From Cytophagales bacterium (GTDB taxonomy: Bacteria; Bacteroidota; Bacteroidia; Cytophagales; CCMP332), in the NCBI GenBank assembly GCA_965267555.1, contig OZ254083.1:1627985-1691984 (forward strand): a stretch of 64,000 bases of DNA. Reading direction: 5' to 3'. Below the pieces are notes generated by a model. The model was not told the origin of the DNA, did not search any database, and was given only the letters and a program-made list of their open reading frames with translations. This document shows, one piece after another, positions 1 through 9,626 of the stretch. The number at the start of each line of letters is the position of its first letter. Position 1 is the stretch's first letter. Position numbers and translations under genes: made by a program.

Positions 1-296
1 AATTGGCTAAGGATTGGAGAATGGACCGCTACCTCAGAAGGCTGGAAGCCATGATGATTACAGCTGATGAAAATGAAATATTGACCATCTCGGGAAATGG
101 TGATGTTATAGAACCTGATGATGAAGTAACATCTATCGGAAGTGGTTCAATGTATGCTCTGGCTGCGGCACGAGCTTTAAAAAAGCACAGTCCTAAACTC
201 AGCGCTGAAGAAATGGTGACTGAAAGTCTTCACATAGCAGCCGATATTTGTATTTATACCAATCACAATATTATAATCGAAAAATTAGGTAAATGA
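1..296 (+). CDS. hslV: ATP-dependent protease peptidase subunit HslV, 3' part (start lies upstream of the window)
   Basis: [43 protein letters not shown] and [12 protein letters not shown] are characteristic HslV motifs. Confidence 0.95.
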   Translation, partial: LAKDWRMDRYLRRLEAMMITADENEILTISGNGDVIEPDDEVTSIGSGSMYALAAARALKKHSPKLSAEEMVTESLHIAADICIYTNHNIIIEKLGK

Positions 297-634
297 TTAT
301 TTATCACAACCCAAGATGCCGGAAAAGCAGAGAGACCCTGGAAATGATAAAAAATGCCGGCCTTGAACCCGAAGTACATGAATATTTAAAAAAGCCACTT
401 GACAAAAACCAGTTAAAGGATTTGCTTAAGAAACTTGATAAATCTGCCGAAGAATTGGTTCGCAAAAATGAAGTAGAATTTAAAGAGAATTACAAAGGAA
501 AAGACTTAAGTGAGAATGATTATCTGGACATGATCGTAAAGTTTCCAAAACTTCTTGAAAGACCAATTGTTGTCGATAATAACAGGGCAATTATTGGTCG
601 TCCACCGGAAAATGTTTTAACATTGTTAAAATGA
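293..634 (+). CDS. arsC: ArsC/Spx-family (glutaredoxin-type arsenate reductase-like) protein
   Basis: [12 protein letters not shown] and LLERPIV...IGRPPE motifs; ATGA overlap with hslV. Confidence 0.88.
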   Translation: MIIYHNPRCRKSRETLEMIKNAGLEPEVHEYLKKPLDKNQLKDLLKKLDKSAEELVRKNEVEFKENYKGKDLSENDYLDMIVKFPKLLERPIVVDNNRAIIGRPPENVLTLLK

Positions 635-704
635 TAGCCTATATTTCTGAGCTTTATTGGTAAAGAGTTGCTCAGCATTTAGGAATGCTTAATTTTATGA
701 CGAA

Positions 705-1064
705 ATGAAGTCCTATTCTGAATTAGAGGTTTATAAAAAGGCCTACCACCTGGCAGTAGTCATTCATGATCTTACGGGATTGTACGATGACGAAGAAGAA
801 TTTGAATCTTTAGTGCATGAATTGAGAGCGGTCAGCAGAGCGGTAGTTGCGAGAATTTCAGATGCATGGACACACCGAAAATTTATGTCCAATATTGAGA
901 TTCATTTGGCAAAAGCCGTGACAGAAATCAACCTTACTATCGATTTATTAAAAAAAGCGCACGATTCTGATATTATTTCTGAAAAAAGATTTGAGGAAAA
1001 AGTAACAGAATACTTATCCATTCAGCACGATCTTCATGAAATCATGGAGAAGGGATCTTTTTAG
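705..1064 (+). CDS. Divergent four-helix-bundle protein (23S rRNA IVP/TIGR02436-like)
   Basis: SYSELEVYKKAYHLA N-terminus, 119 aa, helical; the usual RRxxxSIxxNIAEG motif is degenerate (RAVSRAVVARISDA). Confidence 0.7.
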   Translation: MKSYSELEVYKKAYHLAVVIHDLTGLYDDEEEFESLVHELRAVSRAVVARISDAWTHRKFMSNIEIHLAKAVTEINLTIDLLKKAHDSDIISEKRFEEKVTEYLSIQHDLHEIMEKGSF

Positions 1065-1118
1065 TGAAAGCAAACAATTTCTCGTATTACTTATTATGTA
1101 ATCAGTCAATCTGATTAA

Positions 1119-1271
1119 ATGGAATCTCCCTGTATAAAAATTTGCAGCATTAACGAAAAAGGATATTGTGCGGGTTGTAAAAGAAATATTGAAGAAATTG
1201 CCAACTGGATGTTTTACAGCAGGGAAGAGCGTCAGCAAATTTCTAAATCTCTTAAAAAAAGGAAGATTTAG
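1119..1271 (+). CDS. Small Cys-rich DUF1289/YdhL-like putative Fe-S protein (50 aa, not in the ORF track)
   Basis: Manual translation MESPCIKICSINEKGYCAGCKRNIEEIANWMFYSREERQQISKSLKKRKI*, matching the SPCxxxC...CxGCxRxxxEIxxW pattern. Confidence 0.85.
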   Translation: MESPCIKICSINEKGYCAGCKRNIEEIANWMFYSREERQQISKSLKKRKI

Positions 1272-1666
1272 ACATCATTTTCCATATCCTGTAATTCCAA
1301 ATTGAGCGCTTTGGTACTGATTTGGGTTTCATAGAGTGAAAAACCCAGCGAAAACAAAAGCAAGACTAAAGAAATCCCAAAAAAATAATTGGCTGTCATT
1401 CCCCGGCTTGTAAATATTAAAATCATCGTAATCACGCAGAACAAAAAGCTAAGGATACCGAATATCTGCATGTATTTGATGAGATATAACCTTCTTCTCA
1501 GATTGACAATTTGTTTTTCAATTCTAAATCGATTTGAATCTTTTTTGTGTCTTTCTCGTAGGCTTCTAATTAATGTTGCTATAGCAAGAAAACGATTTGT
1601 ATAAGCTAGAAACAACAGCGTGATGGCCGGGAATAAAAGTGCCGGTATGGAATAATCTATAACCAA
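1268..1666 (-). CDS. DUF2721-family membrane protein
   Basis: PALLFPAITLLFLAYTNRFLAIATLIRSL N-terminus and 3 hydrophobic segments; TTG start. Confidence 0.8.
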   Translation of the reverse strand: MVIDYSIPALLFPAITLLFLAYTNRFLAIATLIRSLRERHKKDSNRFRIEKQIVNLRRRLYLIKYMQIFGILSFLFCVITMILIFTSRGMTANYFFGISLVLLLFSLGFSLYETQISTKALNLELQDMENDV

Positions 1667-1725
1667 TTTTTTATTTTAGTTTTATATTCGCATTCAAAAC
1701 TAGTTAAACATTCAAGGCTTCCAAT

Positions 1726-2616
1726 ATGAAATCTGTAATTAAAAGTATTTCGGTATTAATTCTTGCGCTAATGGTATTCTTCTCTAGGGGCTATGCCCAG
1801 GAAGTATACCAGGAAAATGCACTCCTATGGGAAATATCAGGTAAAGATCTTAAAAACCCATCTTATGTATTTGCCATATTAAAATTTATCCCGGCCGAGG
1901 ATTTTATTTTTCACAGCAATGCGTCCAAGGCATTTGATGCCTGTGGTATTTTAGCTACGGAAACGCATTTAGACCATCATGCTAAACACGAGCTGAACAA
2001 AGCTGCTCACCTTGAACATGGCAAAACACTAAAAGACTACCTCAGTGAAGAGTACTATGAAAAACTTGAAAATTTATTCACTGAAAAGCTGGGTGTTTCC
2101 AAAATGAAATTTGATTTGGTTTACAGGAAGTTTAAACCCATCATGCTTTCAACAACCATTACCCGATTGGCGCTGAATCACCCAATGAAATATTACGAAC
2201 CCGAATTATTAATAAAAGCACATGACAAAAACATGGTTTCGATGGGGCTTGAAACTGTTGAAAGAGAAGTGCAGGCGCTGGAAAGTTTTAAACTCGAAGA
2301 TCAAATTATTGCGCTTAAACATACCCTTGATAATTTGGATCAGCAGAAAGAAGATTACAATGCTGTTGTAAAGGCTTTTCAGGAAGGGAATCTTCACAAG
2401 GTATTGGAATTTACTATGCATCCCGTTGAAAACAACAAAGATTTCCGACAAAATTTCATAATAGACAGAAATAAGGAATGGATTCCGAAAATGATAGAGT
2501 ACATGCATATGGCTCCAACCTTTTTTGCCGTAGGTGCTACGCATGTAGCCGATGAATCGGGAATTCTACATTTGCTTGAGGAAGAAGGCTATACCATCAA
2601 GCCTCTAAAAGACTAA
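1726..2616 (+). CDS. TraB/GumN-family secreted protein
   Basis: Signal peptide, ALLWEISGK..PSYVF, GLETVERE, RNKEWIPKM, FFAVGATHV..ESGILHLL motifs. Confidence 0.85.
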   Translation: MKSVIKSISVLILALMVFFSRGYAQEVYQENALLWEISGKDLKNPSYVFAILKFIPAEDFIFHSNASKAFDACGILATETHLDHHAKHELNKAAHLEHGKTLKDYLSEEYYEKLENLFTEKLGVSKMKFDLVYRKFKPIMLSTTITRLALNHPMKYYEPELLIKAHDKNMVSMGLETVEREVQALESFKLEDQIIALKHTLDNLDQQKEDYNAVVKAFQEGNLHKVLEFTMHPVENNKDFRQNFIIDRNKEWIPKMIEYMHMAPTFFAVGATHVADESGILHLLEEEGYTIKPLKD

Positions 2617-3818
2617 TTTTTAAAAACTGCTTTAATACTTTTTTGTATTATTTCACCTCCTTTTTTTATTTCTTCAAATGAAACATTTAAAGGAGGGGAA
2701 AGCCTGAATGCATTGGGACAGGATAAAAACCAAAAACTTAAGAGACCCAAATCACGGCATTTTAATACGATTTTATTGACTGCTTCAACGTCTTTAAATT
2801 CCACAGCAAAAAACAACCCAATTCTGCGAACTTCAACAATTTCACGATGATCAAGAAAGGATTCTAATAGCTTGCCTTTTTCTTCTACTTTATCGAGAAT
2901 CTTTTCATCCATAAGGCAATCCAGAAAGGCCTTAGAAGCAGCACAGCTTAAGGGATTTCCTCCGAAAGTCGTGATATGACCCAAAACAGGATCCACTGTA
3001 AATGAGGACATGATTTTTTTGGAGGCTGCAAATGCACCAAGTGGCAAACCTGCACCCAGAGCTTTCCCCAAAACAACAATATCCGGGACAATTCCAAAAT
3101 GTTCAAAAGCAAAAAGTTTTCCGGTACGGCCCATTCCCACTTGAATTTCATCGAGCACGAGTAATGCACCGGTTTCATCACATTTTTTTCTGAGTGCCTC
3201 AATAAAAGATAAATTAGGGATACGCAATCCGGCATCGCCTTGCACGGTTTCCATGATTACGCAAGCTGTTTCTTCATCAATTAATTTCAGCTCCTCCACA
3301 TTATTGAATTCAATATGATATACTTCGGGAAGCAAGGGTCTGAATGCAAATTTTTTATATTCATTTCCGGATACTGATAATGATCCATGGGTGCTACCAT
3401 GATATGATTTTTTAAACGAAATAATTTTATGGCGTCCTGTAAATCGTTTTGCCAGCTTTAGGGATCCCTCAATAGCCTCAGTACCGGTGGAAGTGAAGTA
3501 GACATTGTCGATAGGGTCGGGCAGGAGATTGCATAATTTTGATGCCAAATCAGCCTGACTTTTAATCGAAAATTCACCATAAACCATGACAAATAGGTGT
3601 TTGTCAATTTGATCTTTAATGGCCCTTAGTATTTTGGGATGTCGATGGCCCAGATTATTCACTGCAATTCCGGAAATAAAATCCAGATATTTTTTACCAT
3701 CTATATCCCAAATATGACTTCCCTCTGCACGGTCGACAGATATTTCAAAAGGCATGGGGCTTGTCTGTGCAACAAAATCGTGAAAATTCTTTGAAACTAA
3801 GTTTTTATCAGTAGCCAT
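2613..3818 (-). CDS. Class III PLP aminotransferase (acetylornithine aminotransferase-like)
   Basis: YLDFISGIAV, SGTEAIEGSLK, SYHGST, DEIQVGMGRTG, PDIVVLGKALGAG, HITTFGGNP; start moved from 3851 to the likely ATG at 3818. Confidence 0.88.
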   Translation of the reverse strand: MATDKNLVSKNFHDFVAQTSPMPFEISVDRAEGSHIWDIDGKKYLDFISGIAVNNLGHRHPKILRAIKDQIDKHLFVMVYGEFSIKSQADLASKLCNLLPDPIDNVYFTSTGTEAIEGSLKLAKRFTGRHKIISFKKSYHGSTHGSLSVSGNEYKKFAFRPLLPEVYHIEFNNVEELKLIDEETACVIMETVQGDAGLRIPNLSFIEALRKKCDETGALLVLDEIQVGMGRTGKLFAFEHFGIVPDIVVLGKALGAGLPLGAFAASKKIMSSFTVDPVLGHITTFGGNPLSCAASKAFLDCLMDEKILDKVEEKGKLLESFLDHREIVEVRRIGLFFAVEFKDVEAVNKIVLKCRDLGLLSFWFLSCPNAFRLSPPLNVSFEEIKKGGEIIQKSIKAVFKN

Positions 3819-5505
3819 TGGCATAATCATCTCTTCGTGGATCTGCACCACATTCCCAAAATCCTTCTGAATTTAGCAATATAGCATCAACTCTGCCAAT
3901 AGGAATTCTTTGTCTCAGATTTTGGCCGGTTTTTACCAATTCAAGACTATCGGTATATTCAAAAAATCCTTCTTCATAATAAAGACTATCTGGCAGCCAT
4001 TGATGATGAAAGCGTGGAAATTCAACAGATTCCTGCATGCCAAAACCAAAGTCAACAACATTTAAAATATTTTGAAAAACAGAAGTTATAATCGTGGAAC
4101 CCCCGGGGCTTCCCAAGATTAAATAAGGTTTATTGTTTTTAGCAAGAATTGTTGGAGTCATGGAACTCAACATTCTTTTTTCTGGCACAATGGCATTGGC
4201 TTCCCCGCCAATCAGACCATAATTATTTGAAAAACCCGGTTTGATAGAAAAGTCATTCATTTCATTGTTGAGCAAAAAGCCGCATCCATTTACCATTAGT
4301 TTGCTGCCAAAAGGACTGTTTAGAGTAGTGGTAATGGAAACAGCATTTCCCGATTCGTCAACAATTGAATAATGGGTTGTTTCTTCATTTTCGATTTCTA
4401 GTTTTAAAGCAGGACCTATTTTTGTGGAAGCAGTAGCTTTATCTATTTGAACATCCGCCGATCTCATTTCCAGATAGTCTTTGCTTAATAATTCGTTTAT
4501 GGGTACCGGATGAAAATCCGCATCTCCGAGGTATTTCGAGCGGTCGGCATATACCCGTTTTTCTAATTCACAAATGGTATTGATCGTTTTGAAATCCCAA
4601 CGTCCCCATTCTGTAAAGGGATATTTTTCGGCCATTTTTAGCAAACTTATCAGTGCCCAGCCACCACTGCTTGGTGGGGGCATTGAATAAACCGTGTAGC
4701 CATTATAATTACCCTTTATAGTTTCCCGCCATTTTGGTTTGTATTTTTGAAGATCCTCATTTGAAATTATCCCGCCAAATTCGTTCATGGTAGCAATTAT
4801 AGAGTCTGCAATTTTCCCCTCATAAAAGGCTTTTTCGCCTTTATCTGCAATTAATTGTAGTGTAACAGCAAGTTTTTCATTGCTTATAGTATCTCCTTCT
4901 TGCCAGTTTTCTTTCTGTGTTAGGTAGTTGATTTTATTATTAGTCCTTACAATTTCAGGAAGATATTTATTCATATAAAAACAAGCATGATAACTGAGAA
5001 GCCACCCTTTTTCTGCCAATTCAATTGAAGGGATTAAAAGCTCTCGCCAGTCTTTTCTACCGTATTTTTTATGCAATTCCCAAATGCCTTTTACAGAACC
5101 CGGAACTCCCACCGCTAAAGCGCCTCTAGTACTTAAATCCGGAATCACATTGCCTAAGGAGTCAAGGTACATTCTCCGATCTGCTTTCAATGGAGCTTTT
5201 TCCCTGAAATCCAGTGCTCCCGAATTTCCGGAGCTGTCAAGGAAGACAGCAAATCCACCTCCACCCAGATTACCCGCATATGGGAAAACCACTGCAAGAG
5301 CGAAATGAACTGCGACTGCTGCATCAAAGGCATTACCTCCGGATTTTAGAATCGCTATTCCGATATTACTTGCAAGAGGATGTGCACTTACAATGGCTGC
5401 GTTTTTATAAACTTTTGAGGGCTTTTTAGTTTTGTTTGAGGCTTCCTGGCTACATGAAATTAACAGGATTATTATACAGAAAACCGATATTAATCGATTG
5501 GCCAT
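3808..5505 (-). CDS. ggt: Gamma-glutamyltransferase, lipoprotein
   Basis: GGNAFDAAVA, DFREKAP, PPPSSGG, ETTHYSIVD (catalytic Thr), LNNEMNDF, RMLSSMTPT, GSPGGSTI; lipobox ISC. Confidence 0.95.
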   Translation of the reverse strand: MANRLISVFCIIILLISCSQEASNKTKKPSKVYKNAAIVSAHPLASNIGIAILKSGGNAFDAAVAVHFALAVVFPYAGNLGGGGFAVFLDSSGNSGALDFREKAPLKADRRMYLDSLGNVIPDLSTRGALAVGVPGSVKGIWELHKKYGRKDWRELLIPSIELAEKGWLLSYHACFYMNKYLPEIVRTNNKINYLTQKENWQEGDTISNEKLAVTLQLIADKGEKAFYEGKIADSIIATMNEFGGIISNEDLQKYKPKWRETIKGNYNGYTVYSMPPPSSGGWALISLLKMAEKYPFTEWGRWDFKTINTICELEKRVYADRSKYLGDADFHPVPINELLSKDYLEMRSADVQIDKATASTKIGPALKLEIENEETTHYSIVDESGNAVSITTTLNSPFGSKLMVNGCGFLLNNEMNDFSIKPGFSNNYGLIGGEANAIVPEKRMLSSMTPTILAKNNKPYLILGSPGGSTIITSVFQNILNVVDFGFGMQESVEFPRFHHQWLPDSLYYEEGFFEYTDSLELVKTGQNLRQRIPIGRVDAILLNSEGFWECGADPRRDDYANGY

Positions 5506-5508
5506 AGA

Positions 5509-6843
5509 TCAAAGCAGTTCATTGGCGAGATTCGCTAACTCGGATCTTTCACCTTTTTCAAGCGTAATGTGTGCATAAAGGTCCTGATCTTTCATTCTGT
5601 CAATCAAATACGAAAGACCGTTGGACTGTGCATCCAGGTAAGGTGTATCTATTTGTCTGATATCTCCGGTAAAAATGATCTTTGTATTTTCTCCCGCCCG
5701 CGTTATGATAGTTTTTATTTCATGCGGTGTCAGGTTTTGAGCTTCGTCGATAATAAATCCAATATTGGAAATACTTCGGCCCCGGATATAAGCCAAAGCA
5801 TTAACCACCAATTTTTCAGTATTCAACATTTCATTGATCGCAATAAATTCTTTTTCTTTTTCCTTGAAGTGACTCTGAATAAATTTGAGGTTATCCCAAA
5901 GCGGTTCCATATAAGGGTTTATCTTACTTTTAATATCACCGGGCAAAAATCCAATGTCCTTATTGCTTAGAGGAACAATCGGCCTTGACAAATAGATCTG
6001 ACTGAAATTTTTTCTTTGCTCCAGAACCGATGCGAGCGCTACAAGTGTTTTTCCTGTGCCGGCAACCCCGGTCAAAGAAACCAAACGAATGTCTTGTTGG
6101 AGAATAGCGTGTATGGCAAAGGTCTGTTCTGCATTTTTTGCCTGGATTCCGTAAACGGTTTTCTTACCTATTTTATGAATGTTTTGATCTTGTCCATTAT
6201 AATAGGCAAGAATTGAATTATTATCACTTTTGATAATAAAATATTGATTTTTAATTGGCTCTTCCTCAAAAAATTCCCGCCAATCAATTCTGGAGTTTCT
6301 GTAAAGCTTATTGATAAGCTTTTGGTCCATTCCTTCAACCACTTTTTTACCGGTGTAGAGTTCTGAAACTTCCTTGATTTTTCCTGTCTCATAATCCTCG
6401 GCAGGAAGATCCAGCGATTTCGCTTTAACGCGTAAATTAATATCCTTCGTGACAAGAATGACTTTGCATTGGGGTTGTTCTTCCTGTAAACCAAGGGCAG
6501 CACTCAGTATTTTATGATCTGCTTTATTTTCTGTGAAAATATGACGGGTCCTGTCCTTGGAGTCTCCGGTCATCAAAACCTTGAGTTTTCCTTTTGTGGG
6601 TCCGTTCAGTGATATCCAGTCGCTGAGATGATGATTGGCAGCCAATTCATCGATCCTCCTGATAAATTCCCTGGCCGAGTAATTTTTTGTGTCGCTGCCT
6701 TTTTTAAAATTATCGAGTTCTTCAAGAACTGTAATTGGAATGGCAATATCGTTTTCTTCAAAATTGTTGATTGAATTGTGATCGTATAGGATCACTGAGG
6801 TATCAAGAACAAATATTTTCTTAGGCTTTTTGCTCCCAGGCAT
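5509..6843 (-). CDS. PhoH-family protein with N-terminal PIN domain (PhoH2/YlaK type)
   Basis: FVLDTSV...EELD...ADHKIL...VTKDINLR (PIN); GVAGTGKT, RGRSI, IIDEAQN, GDIRQID (PhoH ATPase); likely start MPGSKK at 6843. Confidence 0.92.
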   Translation of the reverse strand: MPGSKKPKKIFVLDTSVILYDHNSINNFEENDIAIPITVLEELDNFKKGSDTKNYSAREFIRRIDELAANHHLSDWISLNGPTKGKLKVLMTGDSKDRTRHIFTENKADHKILSAALGLQEEQPQCKVILVTKDINLRVKAKSLDLPAEDYETGKIKEVSELYTGKKVVEGMDQKLINKLYRNSRIDWREFFEEEPIKNQYFIIKSDNNSILAYYNGQDQNIHKIGKKTVYGIQAKNAEQTFAIHAILQQDIRLVSLTGVAGTGKTLVALASVLEQRKNFSQIYLSRPIVPLSNKDIGFLPGDIKSKINPYMEPLWDNLKFIQSHFKEKEKEFIAINEMLNTEKLVVNALAYIRGRSISNIGFIIDEAQNLTPHEIKTIITRAGENTKIIFTGDIRQIDTPYLDAQSNGLSYLIDRMKDQDLYAHITLEKGERSELANLANELL

Positions 6844-6969
6844 AGGCTGATTTAATTCCGATCGATATAAAAAATGCTGCAAAAGGCAGCAATGATTTTG
6901 AAGTTGAAAATTTGATAATTTATTCTTTGCTTTCCTAATCAAATTGCAAAATATAATGACATATTTTAT

Positions 6970-7872
6970 ATGACTTTGGCAAATAAGTTGATGATGGTAA
7001 GGCCCCAATCTTTTGGATCAAATCCTGAAACCCTGTTGAATAATTCATTTCAAAAAAACGATAATGTTGATTCAAAAAAAATTCAAAGGCTAGCCCTGCA
7101 ACAATTTGATGAAATGCTGGACAATCTCAGGAAAAATGGTTTTGATATACTTGTTCTTGAGGAACCAAAGGGGGATGTTTTACCAGATTCAGTTTTTCCC
7201 AATAATTGGTTCAGTACTCATGAAAACGGTGAAATAATTTTATATCCGATGTTTTCAGCATTGCGAAGAAAAGAAAGACGCCCAGAATTTATTGAAGTCA
7301 TCAGCAAAGAATCCAATTACAATTTGCTTTTAGACCTGAGCCAAAAAGAGAAGAATGGAATTTTTCTCGAAGGAACGGGCAGCGTCGTTTTTGATCATCA
7401 TTCTCAAATAGCCTTTTGTTGCGAATCACCAAGAAGCAATAAAGCGCTATTCTTTGAACTTGCCGAACATTTAAACTATAAAGCCTTTTATTTTAGGGCC
7501 TTTGATCAAAAAGGCATTCCAATTTATCACAGTAATGTAATGATGGCTATAGGAATTAAAAAAGTTCTCGTTTGCTTGGATGCCATTGAAAAGAATGACC
7601 GGGGTAAAATGATTGCTTTATTTTCAGAAATCGGGAAAGATATTATTCCAATTTCGATGGAACAAATGCATCAATTTGCGGGCAACCTTTTACTTGCGGA
7701 AAACATTGAAAGCCAGACCTTTTGGTTGATGTCAAAATCAGCTTATGACAGCTTAAATGATAAACAGAAAGAGGCTTTGAAAGAAGATGGTGAAATTTTA
7801 TTTTTCAGCATTCCGGAAATAGAAAAATTCGGTGGAGGTAGTGTCCGTTGTATGCTTGCAGAATTGTATTAA
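6970..7872 (+). CDS. ctlX: Amidinotransferase-superfamily hydrolase (CtlX-like, citrulline utilisation)
   Basis: MMVRPQSFGSNPET, PDSVFPNNW, LEGTGS, YHSNV, GGGSVRCM (catalytic Cys). Confidence 0.8.
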   Translation: MTLANKLMMVRPQSFGSNPETLLNNSFQKNDNVDSKKIQRLALQQFDEMLDNLRKNGFDILVLEEPKGDVLPDSVFPNNWFSTHENGEIILYPMFSALRRKERRPEFIEVISKESNYNLLLDLSQKEKNGIFLEGTGSVVFDHHSQIAFCCESPRSNKALFFELAEHLNYKAFYFRAFDQKGIPIYHSNVMMAIGIKKVLVCLDAIEKNDRGKMIALFSEIGKDIIPISMEQMHQFAGNLLLAENIESQTFWLMSKSAYDSLNDKQKEALKEDGEILFFSIPEIEKFGGGSVRCMLAELY

Positions 7873-8792
7873 TTGGAATCAACTGAAGCAATGGCCTCAG
7901 AAATAATTTTTACACTTTTTTGAAGCGCTTCCAATTCAGAGTCTGTCATTTTGAGTTCTAAAACTTCAATCACGCCTCTATTTGATACCATGGAAGGAAG
8001 AGAAATGGCAATATCTTTAATTCCATACGGTCCGGATATGAGCGTTGAGAGATTTATAATTCTCTTTTCACCTCTTATTAACCATTTTAATAGCGTAGCA
8101 GTAACTAAACCAATAGCGTGGTTTGTAGCACCTTTGCGTTTGATTATTTCATAGGCCGCCGTCCGTACCATTTCGCCAATCTCTAATTCATATTCTTTTT
8201 TCCAGTCTTTCCATTCTCGAAGTGGAATTCCACCAATCATGGCTCTTGACCATAGTACGACTTCCGAATCACCGTGTTCGCCAATAACCTGGGCGTGTAC
8301 GCTTTTAGGTTCCAGATCCAATTTCTTACCGATCATTTCTCTCAATCTGGCCGTATCAAGCATGGTACCCGTACCAATCACCTGTCCTGGTGGAAGCTTG
8401 GTATATTTTTGATAAAAGTAGGTAAGGATGTCAACCGGGTTGGCCACTATTATAAGAATGCCATTGAATCCTTGAAGTTTAGCGGATATACTTTTGACAA
8501 TTTTTATATTTTCCTTTAAGAGGTCAAGACGTGTCTCATCGGGTTTTTCACCGCGTCCGGCGGTAATTACAATAGCTTTACAATTTAACATCTCTTCTAT
8601 TTCAACTGCCTTGACTTGAGCAGAAGAATAAAATGGAGAACCGTGATTCAAATCCATGGCCTCTCCTTCGGCAATTTCCTTGCGTGCATCATTTAATAAT
8701 AATTCACGACATATTCCTTTGTGTAGAATAGAGCTGGCAACACCGGTTCCAACCCACCCCATTCCAATTATTCCAATTGAGACATTATTCAT
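7869..8792 (-). CDS. ldh: L-lactate dehydrogenase-like 2-hydroxyacid dehydrogenase
   Basis: GIIGMGWVG Rossmann motif, ETRLDL, ANPVD, LDTARLR, GEHGDSE, GATNHAIG; specificity residue non-canonical. Confidence 0.8.
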   Translation of the reverse strand: MNNVSIGIIGMGWVGTGVASSILHKGICRELLLNDARKEIAEGEAMDLNHGSPFYSSAQVKAVEIEEMLNCKAIVITAGRGEKPDETRLDLLKENIKIVKSISAKLQGFNGILIIVANPVDILTYFYQKYTKLPPGQVIGTGTMLDTARLREMIGKKLDLEPKSVHAQVIGEHGDSEVVLWSRAMIGGIPLREWKDWKKEYELEIGEMVRTAAYEIIKRKGATNHAIGLVTATLLKWLIRGEKRIINLSTLISGPYGIKDIAISLPSMVSNRGVIEVLELKMTDSELEALQKSVKIISEAIASVDSN

Positions 8793-8832
8793 AATTCCAA
8801 TGCTTATCTCTGTGTTTTACGATAATCTGAGG

Positions 8833-8840
8833 CAAAATTA
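8833..8840 (-). promoter_or_regulatory. Bacteroidota -7 promoter motif TAATTTTG upstream of ldh, overlapping the troB stop
   Basis: Reverse complement of caaaatta matches TAnnTTTG, about 40 bp before the ldh ATG. Confidence 0.45.
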
Positions 8841-9626
8841 AGATTCTCTTGATGGGAAATCTTGTTTTTTCATAATCTCAGTAAGAGAACTTAAAATGGT
8901 GAGTTTACCACCATAAGTATCGGTTAGATTTTGAGCATTAAAAGTCTTGGAGATTGGCCCTGAGGCAACAAGTCTTAAGTTGAGTAAGATCAACCAGTCA
9001 AAATATTCGGCAACAGACTGAAGGTCATGATGAACAACGACCAGGGTCTTTCCATTTTTCACCATATTTCTCAGCAACTCAATAATTGCACTTTCCGTTG
9101 CTGCATCCACACCTGCAAATGGTTCATCCATGAAATATATGTCTGCATCCTGTGCAATGGCCCTGGCCAAAAATACCCTTTGTTGCTGTCCTCCGGAGAG
9201 CTGAGATATTTGTCTAGAGGCATAGTTTTGCATTCCCACTTTTTCCAAAGCGATCTGAGCGATTTCGCGATCGGCTTTTCGAGGCCTTTTAAAAAGACCA
9301 AGATGACCATAGCGACCCATAAGGACAACATCGAAAACGGAAGCAGGAAAATCCCAGTCAACCGACTCTCTTTGTGGCACATAGCTTACTTTTTTCCTGA
9401 TTTCATCAATATTTTTGTCAAATATTTTTATGTAACCGCTGCTTATTGGAATTAGCCCCATTATTGATTTCAACAAGGTGGACTTACCTGAACCATTGGG
9501 GCCGAGAATTCCAATTATTTGGCCTTTTGGGATTGAGAAATCTACCCCCCATAGTACGGGTTTGCGATCGTAGCTAACAGTAAGATCATGAACTTCAAGA
9601 ATTGGATTTTGTGCTTGTATAATCAT
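8838..9626 (-). CDS. Mn/Zn/Fe ABC transporter ATP-binding protein (TroB/MntB-like)
   Basis: GPNGSGKST, YVPQRESVDWDFP, LSGGQQQRV, MDEP, VVHHDL. Confidence 0.93.
   Translation of the reverse strand: MIIQAQNPILEVHDLTVSYDRKPVLWGVDFSIPKGQIIGILGPNGSGKSTLLKSIMGLIPISSGYIKIFDKNIDEIRKKVSYVPQRESVDWDFPASVFDVVLMGRYGHLGLFKRPRKADREIAQIALEKVGMQNYASRQISQLSGGQQQRVFLARAIAQDADIYFMDEPFAGVDAATESAIIELLRNMVKNGKTLVVVHHDLQSVAEYFDWLILLNLRLVASGPISKTFNAQNLTDTYGGKLTILSSLTEIMKKQDFPSRES

Noticed and set aside
705-1064. Four-helix-bundle protein as a DGR Avd or a 23S rRNA intervening-sequence ORF
   Set aside because: No RT, template repeat or rRNA sequence in the window
6844-7008. N-terminal 55-aa extension of the PhoH ORF
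   Set aside because: It overlaps the divergent ctlX start and has no domain features; the PIN domain begins after the ATG at 6843
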